Positions 1 to 7,469 of a DNA stretch of 32,000 bases are shown here, in pieces. Position 1 is the stretch's first letter. Every line of letters begins with the position of its first letter. A program made the translations under genes and the position numbers. The DNA is taken from NCBI RefSeq assembly GCF_000186885.1, contig NC_014972.1, forward strand, positions 2,370,001 through 2,402,000, given 5' to 3'. This DNA is from Desulfobulbus propionicus DSM 2032. GTDB lineage: Bacteria > Desulfobacterota > Desulfobulbia > Desulfobulbales > Desulfobulbaceae. The notes under the pieces were generated by a model. The model made no database searches. It was not told where the DNA came from and worked only from the letters and a program-made list of their open reading frames with translations.

Positions 1-1611
1 TGTGCGCCATTTGAAAGTTAAACCATTATGTTGCGCCTGCACCGCAGGAGTGACGGTGACCGTGAACGGCATGTTTGCCGGAGTCCCCGAGGGCTCCTCC
101 AGGGTCGCATTGATGAATTTAATCGTGTATTTTTCATCGACATTAATGGTGACCGTGGCGCTGGTGTAACCGGCGGTGGTCACGTTGGCGGAATTGGCGC
201 CGATGCCGACGCTGAACTGCTCCGCCGTCTCCACCAGGTTGTCATTGATGATCGGCACGCTGATCGTGCCGCTGGTCACCGAGCCGTCACCGTTGATCGT
301 CAGGGTGGAGGCGGGCGCGGTGTAATCCGCCCCCTCGGCCGCCGTTCCCGGGGTATGCGATACATTGAACACCACCGTGTCGCCCGTCCGCACCGGCTGA
401 TTCAATTTCACCGTCAACGTCACGTTGCCAACGCTCTCGGCGACAGTGGCGTTTGCAAATCCGACCACCGCGTAGGTGTCGCCATCGTCATTGATGGTCA
501 CCGTGGCGCTCTCATGGCCCGTGGTAATCACATTGGTCGAAGACGCACTGATGCCAACCGTGAACTGTTCCGTTTCCTCCACCAGGATGTCATTGGTGAT
601 CGGCACGCTGATCGTGCCGCTGTCCGCGCCGGCAGCAATCGTCAGGGTGGAAGCGGGCGCGGTGTAATCCGATCCCGCGGTCGCCGTGCCCGATGCGTGC
701 GAAACATTGAGCACCACGCTGTCTCCCGTGACCACCGCCTGGTTCAGCTGCACCGTCAAGGTCGCTGTGCCCGCGCCCTCGTCGACCGTTATCCCCGAAA
801 AGCCGCTCACCGCATAGGTATCGCCGGCATCGTTGATGGTCACCGTGGCACTGCTGTTGCCCCCTGTCGTCACATTGGCCGAATTGGCGCCGATGCCGAC
901 ACTGAATTGCTCCGCCGTCTCCACCAGGCTGTCATTGATGATCGGCACACTGATCGTGCCGCTGGTCACCGAGTCGTCGCCGGTGATCGTCAAGGTGGAG
1001 GCGGGCGCGGTGTAATCCGAACCTGCCGCCGCCGTGCCCGCTGTGTGCGAAACATCCAGTACCACCGTGTCGCCGGTACGCACCGGTTGATTGAGTTGAA
1101 CGATCAGGTTCGCGTTGCCGCCATCCTCGCTGACGGTGACCCCGGAAAATCCGCTCACCGCATAGGTATCGCCATCGTCGGCAATCGTGATGGTGGCGCT
1201 TTGATTGAGACCCGCCGCGTTGCTTGCCGGGTCCCCCGCGAGCGAGACGACAATATTCTCCGTTGATTCGACCAGATGGTCATCGGCAAGGGCCACAGTG
1301 ATCGTGCCGTTGTCCTCTCCAGGATTGATGGTCAGGGATGCCGCCGGAGGCGTGTAATCGCTGCCGGCAGTAGCCGTTCCTGCCGTCGTCACGGCAAACT
1401 GTACCGTGTCACCAACCGCGACAGGCTTATCCAACTGCACCGTCAACGTCACGGTTCCCGTGTGCTCCGTGACCGCAGCCCCGGAAAATGCGGCGATACT
1501 GTAGGTATCCGCCACAGCCCGGCCATGGACGGCCATCATGATCAACGCCGCCAACACACCGGCCCACCACCGCATCTTCATCTTTCCCATCCTGTTCACC
1601 AATGATTTCAT
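1..1611 (-). CDS. Secreted Calx-beta tandem-repeat protein (putative pilus-associated adhesin); the N-terminal 537 codons are visible and the ORF continues beyond the left window edge
   Basis: Absent from the supplied ORF track because it is open at position 1. My reverse-strand translation from the ATG (complement of 1609-1611) gives MKSLVNRMGKMKMRWWAGVLAALIMMAVHGRAVA, a Sec-type signal peptide. Four 113-116 aa modules follow, each starting DTY(A/S).. and carrying a G(T/S)A.AG.DY....S.LTI....GTI.V.I..D.LVE..E.F pattern that is Calx-beta-like. There is no stop in 537 codons. GGAGGGAG lies 8 nt upstream of the ATG. The listed + ORF 28..1266 is its R/G/H-rich antisense shadow. Confidence 0.85.
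   Translation of the reverse strand, partial: MKSLVNRMGKMKMRWWAGVLAALIMMAVHGRAVADTYSIAAFSGAAVTEHTGTVTLTVQLDKPVAVGDTVQFAVTTAGTATAGSDYTPPAASLTINPGEDNGTITVALADDHLVESTENIVVSLAGDPASNAAGLNQSATITIADDGDTYAVSGFSGVTVSEDGGNANLIVQLNQPVRTGDTVVLDVSHTAGTAAAGSDYTAPASTLTITGDDSVTSGTISVPIINDSLVETAEQFSVGIGANSANVTTGGNSSATVTINDAGDTYAVSGFSGITVDEGAGTATLTVQLNQAVVTGDSVVLNVSHASGTATAGSDYTAPASTLTIAAGADSGTISVPITNDILVEETEQFTVGISASSTNVITTGHESATVTINDDGDTYAVVGFANATVAESVGNVTLTVKLNQPVRTGDTVVFNVSHTPGTAAEGADYTAPASTLTINGDGSVTSGTISVPIINDNLVETAEQFSVGIGANSANVTTAGYTSATVTINVDEKYTIKFINATLEEPSGTPANMPFTVTVTPAVQAQHNGLTFKWRT
130..1509 (-). repeat. Four tandem Calx-beta-coding repeat units of about 340-350 bp each, with unit boundaries at about 1509, 1170, 822, 480 and 132
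   Basis: The recurring + strand strings ataggtatc/gtaggtatc/gtaggtgtc (complement of GAT/GAC ACC TAY = DTY) at 1501-1509, 1162-1170, 814-822 and 472-480 mark the unit starts. Long near-identical DNA blocks are visible between about 150-330 and about 838-1020. Confidence 0.85.
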
Positions 1612-1646
1612 CGGAAACGCTCCCTCCAGCGGAATCCACAATGCCG

Positions 1647-2309
1647 TCAAGGCAGATAGACTGTTTTTTTATAGCCGACCATCAGCAGCCGCCGGCCCGC
1701 ATACGCCTTACCCGTGCCGGACTTGACATCGTACATGCCGTAGACGGTGTAACATTTTTCCACCTTCTCGGAATTCGACACATCGGAACCGGCGCAGATA
1801 TCGTAACTGTTGTTATCCGAATTGAGATTGCCCTGAACGGCGGCATACCAGATACGGTCCTTGTCCTTGGTGCCGTCCGAATCATACCCATTGGGGACAA
1901 TATCCCGATCTCCAACGGTAAAGGAGGTGGCCTGTGGGGTGATCAGCGGATCGGGCCAGTTGGCGCTTATCTCCAGATCGATCACGCTGCCGCCGTCCGG
2001 ATCATTGGGCCGTAACCATTTGTGGGTGGCGAGACTCAAACTTTTCAGTGGGTCCTCAAGCAAATCGGTATCGCTCAGATTTTCAATGGCCGTCGCCCCT
2101 TCCACGGTCACCGCTTCCACCGCGTAAAAGTTGGTGTGGATGATCTCGGTATTGCGCACGATCTGCTGCTCGGTGTTGCGAATCATCATCGAGGCCCCGC
2201 CCATGATGGACAACACCACCAGCATCATCAGCGCCATGACCATGACAAAGCCGTGTTCGTTGTCCAGCGGGGGCTTTCCCTGCCATGTACTGTAAGTCTT
2301 AGACGGCAT
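1647..2309 (-). CDS. pilX: PilX-like type IV pilus minor component (PilX N-terminal domain)
   Basis: 220 aa ORF. Its N-terminus NEHGFVMVMALMMLVVLSIMGGASMMIRNTEQQIVRNTE matches the PilX_N pattern (hydrophobic helix followed by T.E..I..N). It sits directly downstream of PilW- and PilV-like genes on the same strand, 10 nt after the pilW-like stop. Confidence 0.7.
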   Translation of the reverse strand: MPSKTYSTWQGKPPLDNEHGFVMVMALMMLVVLSIMGGASMMIRNTEQQIVRNTEIIHTNFYAVEAVTVEGATAIENLSDTDLLEDPLKSLSLATHKWLRPNDPDGGSVIDLEISANWPDPLITPQATSFTVGDRDIVPNGYDSDGTKDKDRIWYAAVQGNLNSDNNSYDICAGSDVSNSEKVEKCYTVYGMYDVKSGTGKAYAGRRLLMVGYKKTVYLP

Positions 2310-2319
2310 GGTGCTCTCC

Positions 2320-2985
2320 TCACATATTGTTCAAGCCGGTGTTGCGGAAATCGACCGAGGTCCGGTAGGTGCGCTCGATCATCCCCTCCCGGCCCGCCGG
2401 AGCCTGGGCGGTGATGGTGATGACCGCGCCGCGAATCTCCGAAACAAGCGAGGTGGGATTGTTCTTTTTGTCGCGATAACTGAAATCCAGGGCGGTCACC
2501 TTGATATTGGAGTCTGCGCCGCCGATCAAGGTTTCGGCGTCGGTGCCACAAATGCTATGTATGGATTTACCGGTCAGATTGTAGCGGAAGGTTCGATTCT
2601 CACACCTGCTTTCAGGGGATTTGCTGTAAGGGTCGTTTTTCGCTACGGTTCCGTCCGCTTTATAGCCGCCGACTTTTTCATCGCCGTCGTAATCAGCCTC
2701 GAAGCGAAATTGTGTGGCTTCCGCCTTTCTAATCTTAAAATCACCGCTCTTGGCGGGATCATAGGCCGCCATCCGTGTTTCACTGACAATCACATCCATG
2801 GCGGCGCGCACCTCCTGTTGCAGGGCCGCGGCCGCGTTCTGGGTGGTGTACAGTCTGCCGGAACGTTCAAAGACCGCAGTCATCGAGGCGATGATGATGC
2901 TGACAATGGCCAGGGCCACCAGCATCTCCAGCAGCGAAAAGCCGGCTGACCGATTCCAGGGAGGAACGACTCTCCAAGTGCTCAT
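2320..2985 (-). CDS. pilW: PilW-like minor pilin (prepilin-type N-terminal cleavage/methylation domain)
   Basis: 221 aa. The leader MSTWRVVPPWNRSAG is followed by FSLLEMLVALAIVSIIIA (G|FxLxE class III signal). It overlaps the upstream pilV-like stop by 4 nt. The name is assigned by size and operon position. Confidence 0.72.
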   Translation of the reverse strand: MSTWRVVPPWNRSAGFSLLEMLVALAIVSIIIASMTAVFERSGRLYTTQNAAAALQQEVRAAMDVIVSETRMAAYDPAKSGDFKIRKAEATQFRFEADYDGDEKVGGYKADGTVAKNDPYSKSPESRCENRTFRYNLTGKSIHSICGTDAETLIGGADSNIKVTALDFSYRDKKNNPTSLVSEIRGAVITITAQAPAGREGMIERTYRTSVDFRNTGLNNM

Positions 2986-3395
2986 ACCCCGTTCCCCTGT
3001 GTCAAGCTGCGAAGGGTGATCGGATGACCGCCAATGCCGCCCAGGCGGGTGACGGTCACGGTGATGAAACGGGAAGCCGTTCCTCCCATGGGATTGCTCA
3101 CCACCACATCCACTCTGTACGGCCCGCCAGGCTGGCCGGTTTCATCGACATTGTTCAGGGTGCTGTTGTTCAGCGAGTTGGGGTTGGACTGGTTTTTATA
3201 CTGCTCCATGATCCGCTGCGCCAGGTTCAGCTGGTGGGTGACCACGTTGCCATTGGTGTTGCCGTTGACGATATGATACTGAATACCGACCACCGACAGA
3301 ATGCCGATGGTCAAGATCGACACCGCGATCATGACCTCAAGCAGGGTAAATCCCTGTTGCCCCTTTCCCCTGTTGTTCACACTTTCCGTGTTCAT
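2982..3395 (-). CDS. pilV: PilV-like minor pilin (prepilin-type N-terminal cleavage/methylation domain)
   Basis: MNTESVNNRGKGQQG|FTLLEVMIAVSILTIGIL is a prepilin motif with E5. I prefer the ATG at 3395 (GGAGGAAG 5-6 nt upstream) over the track start at 3425. It is the first gene of the minor-pilin operon. Confidence 0.75.
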   Translation of the reverse strand: MNTESVNNRGKGQQGFTLLEVMIAVSILTIGILSVVGIQYHIVNGNTNGNVVTHQLNLAQRIMEQYKNQSNPNSLNNSTLNNVDETGQPGGPYRVDVVVSNPMGGTASRFITVTVTRLGGIGGHPITLRSLTQGNGV

Positions 3396-3658
3396 AGGCG
3401 CTTCCTCCACAACCCGCTCAAACAAGAATCAGGCCAATTGCCTGCACGTGCGGCCGATACCGGCAAATAAGGCTAGTCATTGAATACCAAAAGCAAAAAG
3501 CAGGTACATTTTTTTCACTGACCGTTCTCAAGTCGCATAGTTCTATAAAAATTTTTTCCAAATACACTTGTACTATAAAAAAATTTAACACGGCAAGGTC
3601 GTCGACCATGATCGAATGCACACCCTCTCCCTTTTGGCCGCGGGGAAGATACCGTTCT

Positions 3659-5056
3659 TCATGACGAATCCTTGCCAACGGGAGCAAGGGCGTACTCCTT
3701 GATTTTGGCGAGCAGGGATGGATAACTGATCTCCAACAATTCCGATGCCTTGGATTTGTTGCCGCCGGTCACCTCCAGGGCACGGCCAATAAGCGCGGTT
3801 TCCATGATCCGCTGGGCCTGCTTGATGGAAAATCCACCAAAAAAATCATCGAGCCGCCGCCCGCTGGGGCGAACACCGAATTGCGGGGGCAGGTTCTCCG
3901 GCAACAGCACCTTTTTTTCGGCCAAAATCACCGCCCGTTCGATCACGTTTTCCAGTTCACGCACATTGCCCGGCCAGCCATGCTGGAGCAACAACGCCAT
4001 GGTCGAGGGCGCGATGCCGGTCACCGGCGATTCGAGCCTGCGGACGTAGCGTTGAAGGAAAAATTCGCTGAGCAGGGGAATGTCGCCGGTCCGCTCACGC
4101 AAGGGCGGCAAGGCGATGTGCACCACATTGAGCCGGTAGAACAGATCCTGGCGGAACAACCCCATCCGCACCTCCTGCGCCAAGTCCCGGGCGGTGGCGG
4201 CAATCACCCGTACGTCGACCTTTCGGGGGCAGGCCGCACCCAACGGCTGCACTTCCCCCTCCTGCAACACCCGCAGCAGCTTCACCTGCAACGACAACGG
4301 CAATTCGCCGATTTCATCGAGAAACAGGGTCCCGCCGTCCGCCTCCAAAAACAGGCCGACCTTGTCCTTGTCCGCGCCGGTAAATGCCCCTTTTTTATAA
4401 CCGAACAGTTCGCTTTCAATCAGATTGTCGGGCAATCCGCCGCAGTTGACGGCCACGAACCTGCCCGACACCCGGCCGCTCTGCTGGTGAATCCCCTGGG
4501 CCACCAACTCCTTGCCGGTACCGCTTTCGCCGGTGATCAGCACGGTGGTCGAATGGGGAGCCACCTTGGCGGCCAGGGCGAACACCTCCTGCATGGCCTT
4601 GCTGTGCGCCACCATTCTGCCAAACGTATATTCTTCCTTCAATGCGGCCACGGTATTGCGCAGCTCGCGATTCGCCCGTCGCAGTCCTTCCCGTTCCTCG
4701 GCCTTGCGCAGGGTCAGCTCAATTTCCTCGGCCTTGAACGGCTTGGAGATATAATCATAGGCCCCGAGACGCATGGCCGCCAAGGCGGTGTCAACAGAGC
4801 CAAAGGCGGACATCATGATGATCGTGGCGCTGATTCCGGCTGCGATCGCCTGACGGAGAAACTCCAGGCCATCCATTCCCGGCATGCGAATATCACAGAG
4901 CACCACATCAAAATCCCCCGTGGCCAGGGCGTCAAGGCCTGCCTGGCCATGGGCCGCCACCTCGACCTGATAGCCAAGGCGGCTGAGGACCGAGGTCAGC
5001 ATGTGCCGCATGTTTTCTTCATCGTCAATGATCAGGAGACGCTGCTTACTGGGCAT
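3659..5056 (-). CDS. pilR: Sigma-54-dependent response regulator of the NtrC family (REC + AAA+ + C-terminal HTH); PilR-like by context
   Basis: The receiver domain reads MPSKQRLLIIDDEENMRHML...VLCDIRMPGMDG. The AAA+ domain has Walker A GESGTGKE and the sigma-54 contact loop GAFTGA (YKKGAFTGADKDK). The C-terminus is a Fis-type HTH. The track start at 5101 is a TTG, so the ATG at 5056 is preferred. The gene is adjacent to a sensor kinase and a sigma-54-driven pilin gene. Confidence 0.88.
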   Translation of the reverse strand: MPSKQRLLIIDDEENMRHMLTSVLSRLGYQVEVAAHGQAGLDALATGDFDVVLCDIRMPGMDGLEFLRQAIAAGISATIIMMSAFGSVDTALAAMRLGAYDYISKPFKAEEIELTLRKAEEREGLRRANRELRNTVAALKEEYTFGRMVAHSKAMQEVFALAAKVAPHSTTVLITGESGTGKELVAQGIHQQSGRVSGRFVAVNCGGLPDNLIESELFGYKKGAFTGADKDKVGLFLEADGGTLFLDEIGELPLSLQVKLLRVLQEGEVQPLGAACPRKVDVRVIAATARDLAQEVRMGLFRQDLFYRLNVVHIALPPLRERTGDIPLLSEFFLQRYVRRLESPVTGIAPSTMALLLQHGWPGNVRELENVIERAVILAEKKVLLPENLPPQFGVRPSGRRLDDFFGGFSIKQAQRIMETALIGRALEVTGGNKSKASELLEISYPSLLAKIKEYALAPVGKDSS

Positions 5057-5146
5057 GGTGGATTTCCGAAAAGTGACATGGAGCGTGCGCCTGCCGTCCA
5101 AAAATGGGCTGCCGGATTGCGTCAGTGACGCTGGACACGTTCGCCA

Positions 5147-6691
5147 TCAGACGCCAGACTCCGCGTGGTCCAACATTTGCGATGCCGCCAGGGGAAGGGC
5201 GATGGTCACCACCGCGCCCCCACCTTCCCTGTTGGCCAGACTGATAACGCCGCCCATGCTCTTGAGCAGGGCATAAGAGACCGACAATCCCAATCCGGTG
5301 CCCCTGCCCGGTTCCTTGGTGGTGAAAAAGGGATCAAAGGCATTGGCCAACTCGTCCTTGGTCAGGCCGACACCGGTATCGCTGATGGTTATCCGCAGCA
5401 TCCTGGCCGGCTCGATCAGGTCGACATCGGTCGCCACCTCGATGGTTCCCTGGCCGCTCGTTGCGGCACGAATGGCGTCGGCGGCGTTGATCAGGCAATT
5501 CAACAATACCTGCATCAATTGGGCCGGATTGGCATGCACCAAGCAATCCATCGCGGCAAAACGGGTGGTGAGGGTGATGGAGTCCATCAGGGGCTGCGGC
5601 TGGAGCAGGGCGATCACCTCGGCGAGCACCTGATGCGGATCGATAGCTTCCTGATGGCCACTTGCCGGCCGGGAAAAATCGAGCAATTGACGGACCAGTT
5701 GGCCGATGCGCTGCAGTTCGTGTTCGGCTCGGCTGCAAAATTCCTCGCGCTCCGCGCCTCCCAGGTCATCGTGACGGATCAGTCCCAGATAGCCTTGGAC
5801 AATGCCCAGGGGGTTGCCGATCTCATGGGCCAAACCAGCGGCCAGCCTGCCCACGGAGGAAAGTTTTTCGGCACGCACCATTTCCTCGCGGGAGGCGATC
5901 AGTTGCCGGTTCGCCTCCTGCAACGAAGCCACATGCTCCCGCAGCTTGTCCTGGTCGGCCTTGATGCGCGCCAGCATCTGCTGCATCGATCCGGCCAGCT
6001 GCCGCAGTTCGTCACCACCCTGCAGGGCTAAGAACGGCACGCCGCTTTCATCGCGATAGGAATCGGTCAGCCGGATAAGCTGTTCCACCGGACGAAAAAC
6101 AGCGGAACGAAGGCGGAAAAACCCGATCACCAGTAGGACGATCAGATTGACGGCCAAATACCCTGCCACCAGACGCTGCATGGTGCGAATTCGCGCGTAA
6201 TGAGGTTCCAGGGAAAAACGCAGGGCCACGCCGCCGCGCACATGGTCCGGCGAGATAGCCGGCAGTGCGATATCCAGATATTTTTTCCCAGGGACCACGC
6301 CCACCCAGGCGAGTCCGTTCAGGGAACGAACCGCTTTGCCCGTTTGCATCGCCTCGCGCAGTTGCCGTTCAAGATGTTGCCGATCTGGCAGGGGTTGGCC
6401 GAGACACAGCACAACGCCATGCTCCGCTTGACCACATCCGCTCATCGCCCCGGCCCGGCTGACTCCTTCGTTGACAAGGGCGGCGAAAAAATCCCTCTCC
6501 TTGCCCAGTTCCATGCGGCGGCCAGCCAACCGCTCGGCCACTGCCGCCATTTCTATCCCCTTTTCACGGGCCAGCGACAAGGCCGAATCCCGCAGCCAAA
6601 ACGAGCCGATGACAAAAAATGTCAGCCCAGTAGCCGCGACAAGCAAGGCGAAAAAAAGAGCGGTGACATGAAGCTTCAATCCGCGGTACAC
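5147..6691 (-). CDS. pilS: Sensor histidine kinase (2 TM + periplasmic domain + HAMP + HisKA + HATPase_c); cognate of the PilR-like regulator
   Basis: TM helices lie at about aa 5-33 and about aa 174-194. The H-box is AGLAHEIGNPLGIVQGY. N, G1 and G2 boxes are present (LLNCLINAADA, DTGVGL, GTGLGLSVS). The start codon is GTG. The gene lies immediately upstream of the regulator on the same strand. The symbol is assigned by context only, and the domain architecture differs from the 6-TM Pseudomonas PilS. Confidence 0.8.
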   Translation of the reverse strand: MYRGLKLHVTALFFALLVAATGLTFFVIGSFWLRDSALSLAREKGIEMAAVAERLAGRRMELGKERDFFAALVNEGVSRAGAMSGCGQAEHGVVLCLGQPLPDRQHLERQLREAMQTGKAVRSLNGLAWVGVVPGKKYLDIALPAISPDHVRGGVALRFSLEPHYARIRTMQRLVAGYLAVNLIVLLVIGFFRLRSAVFRPVEQLIRLTDSYRDESGVPFLALQGGDELRQLAGSMQQMLARIKADQDKLREHVASLQEANRQLIASREEMVRAEKLSSVGRLAAGLAHEIGNPLGIVQGYLGLIRHDDLGGAEREEFCSRAEHELQRIGQLVRQLLDFSRPASGHQEAIDPHQVLAEVIALLQPQPLMDSITLTTRFAAMDCLVHANPAQLMQVLLNCLINAADAIRAATSGQGTIEVATDVDLIEPARMLRITISDTGVGLTKDELANAFDPFFTTKEPGRGTGLGLSVSYALLKSMGGVISLANREGGGAVVTIALPLAASQMLDHAESGV

Positions 6692-6740
6692 AATTCATTC
6701 ACTCGATAATGCATTGAAACAAAAAGGAAAGAATGATAGA

Positions 6741-6774
6741 CTGACAAAAATTGTCAGCCACGGACAACGATTGT
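6741..6774. promoter_or_regulatory. Candidate enhancer (UAS) for the sigma-54 activator: two adjacent TGTC/GACA palindromes
   Basis: TGACAAAAATTGTCA (6741-6755) is a perfect 5-N5-5 palindrome and GACAACGATTGTC (6762-6774) is a 5-N3-5 palindrome. They lie about 110-145 bp upstream of the -24/-12 element, with an A-tract-rich spacer between them. Confidence 0.45.
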
Positions 6775-6884
6775 CAACGACACGAACCACTGCTCCCGAG
6801 GTATTGTAGAGGCGCAAGGACAAAAAAACAAAGAAAACCAGATAACAATCTGAAATTCTAACAAAAGAAAAAATTCAACAAAAT

Positions 6885-6901
6885 TGGCACGGCTAGTGCT
6901 T
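6885..6901 (+). promoter_or_regulatory. Sigma-54 (-24/-12) promoter of the pilin gene
   Basis: TGGCACGGCTAGTGCTT compared with the consensus TGGCACG-N4-TTGCW has correct GG-to-GC spacing and one mismatch (GTGC). It lies about 78 nt upstream of the pilA ATG and next to a GAFTGA activator gene. Confidence 0.75.
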
Positions 6902-6978
6902 AATGACTGGCAATGAAAATTTCCGCCGGCGAAGGGATGACCGGCGGCACCACAACACACCTTTTGGAGGGTACACAC

Positions 6979-7410
6979 ATGACATTGAACAAACTGAGAC
7001 TGCAGGCAAACGAAAAAGGCTTCACCCTGATCGAGTTGATGATCGTTATCGCGATTATCGGTATCTTGGCAGCGATTGCTATTCCGAACTTTATTGCGTA
7101 TAGAAATAAGACTTTTTGCACCCGTGCTGAATCAGATGCCAATGGTATTGCCGCAGCTCTTGCCGACTATTTTTCTATCCCCAACCATACCGCAACCCCA
7201 ACCCTTGCCCAACTTAACAACGGAGCTGGATTCACACTTTCTGGAGAAGGTGCAACAATCAATACAGCAGCAATCATTGGGGCTGATCCAAACGCAGGAA
7301 TTACAATTTCCGTAACTGACGGTTCAGGTCGATGCCCTGACGACTACATGGACGCATCAGCAGATTGGGATACAGCTACAAGTGTATACCGTAAACGAAT
7401 TGAGCCATAA
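6979..7410 (+). CDS. pilA: Type IV major pilin PilA (143 aa prepilin, about 129 aa mature)
   Basis: GGAGGG lies 7 nt upstream of the ATG at 6979. The leader [14 protein letters not shown] is followed by [30 protein letters not shown], the canonical type IVa pilin N-terminal helix. There are two Cys residues (KTFC.., ..GRCPDDY). The upstream in-frame ATG at 6913 falls at or before the predicted sigma-54 transcription start, so it is unlikely to be used. Confidence 0.93.
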   Translation: MTLNKLRLQANEKGFTLIELMIVIAIIGILAAIAIPNFIAYRNKTFCTRAESDANGIAAALADYFSIPNHTATPTLAQLNNGAGFTLSGEGATINTAAIIGADPNAGITISVTDGSGRCPDDYMDASADWDTATSVYRKRIEP

Positions 7411-7438
7411 CCTACTTCCCGTTGATCAATGACCAACC

Positions 7439-7469
7439 AAAGGAGGAAAAGCAATTTTCCTCCTTTTTT
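7439..7469 (+). terminator. Rho-independent terminator after pilA
   Basis: The stem AAAGGAGGAAAA (7439-7450) pairs perfectly with TTTTCCTCCTTT (7455-7466) around the loop GCAA, giving a 12-bp stem that runs into a T tract ending at 7469. Confidence 0.8.

Noticed and set aside
28-1266. A 412-aa + strand ORF, plus smaller + ORFs at 476..667, 833..1015 and 1276..1605, across the repeat region
   Set aside because: The translation is R/G/H/D-rich low complexity with no recognisable domain. The opposite strand reads as a clean signal peptide plus Calx-beta modules with an SD, so these are antisense shadows of the real minus-strand gene.
3422-3438. A sigma-54-like element on the minus strand upstream of pilV (TTGGCCTGATTCTTGT)
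   Set aside because: The spacing is right, but the -24 box has two mismatches (TGGCCT) and the critical -12 GC is GT. This is too weak to call without a mapped transcription start.
3418-3687. An 89-aa minus-strand ORF filling the AT-rich pilR-pilV intergenic region
   Set aside because: It overlaps the pilR stop and the pilV start, and its composition looks like non-coding promoter DNA (direct CTATAAAAA repeats at about 3542-3550 and about 3572-3580). It has no SD and no recognisable fold, so I treat it as an intergenic regulatory region.
3881-6031. Long + strand ORFs (3881..5128, 5165..6031 and others) opposite the regulator and kinase genes
   Set aside because: These are shadow ORFs typical of high-GC DNA with H/R/G/Q-rich nonsense sequence. 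The minus-strand frames carry unmistakable REC/AAA+/HTH and HisKA/HATPase motifs.
7422-7469. The TTG start at 7422 given by the ORF track for the GT-C/TPR protein
   Set aside because: It would place a perfect 12-bp terminator hairpin and T tract inside the coding sequence, only 12 nt after the pilA stop. I consider ATG 7470 more likely, but this remains unresolved.
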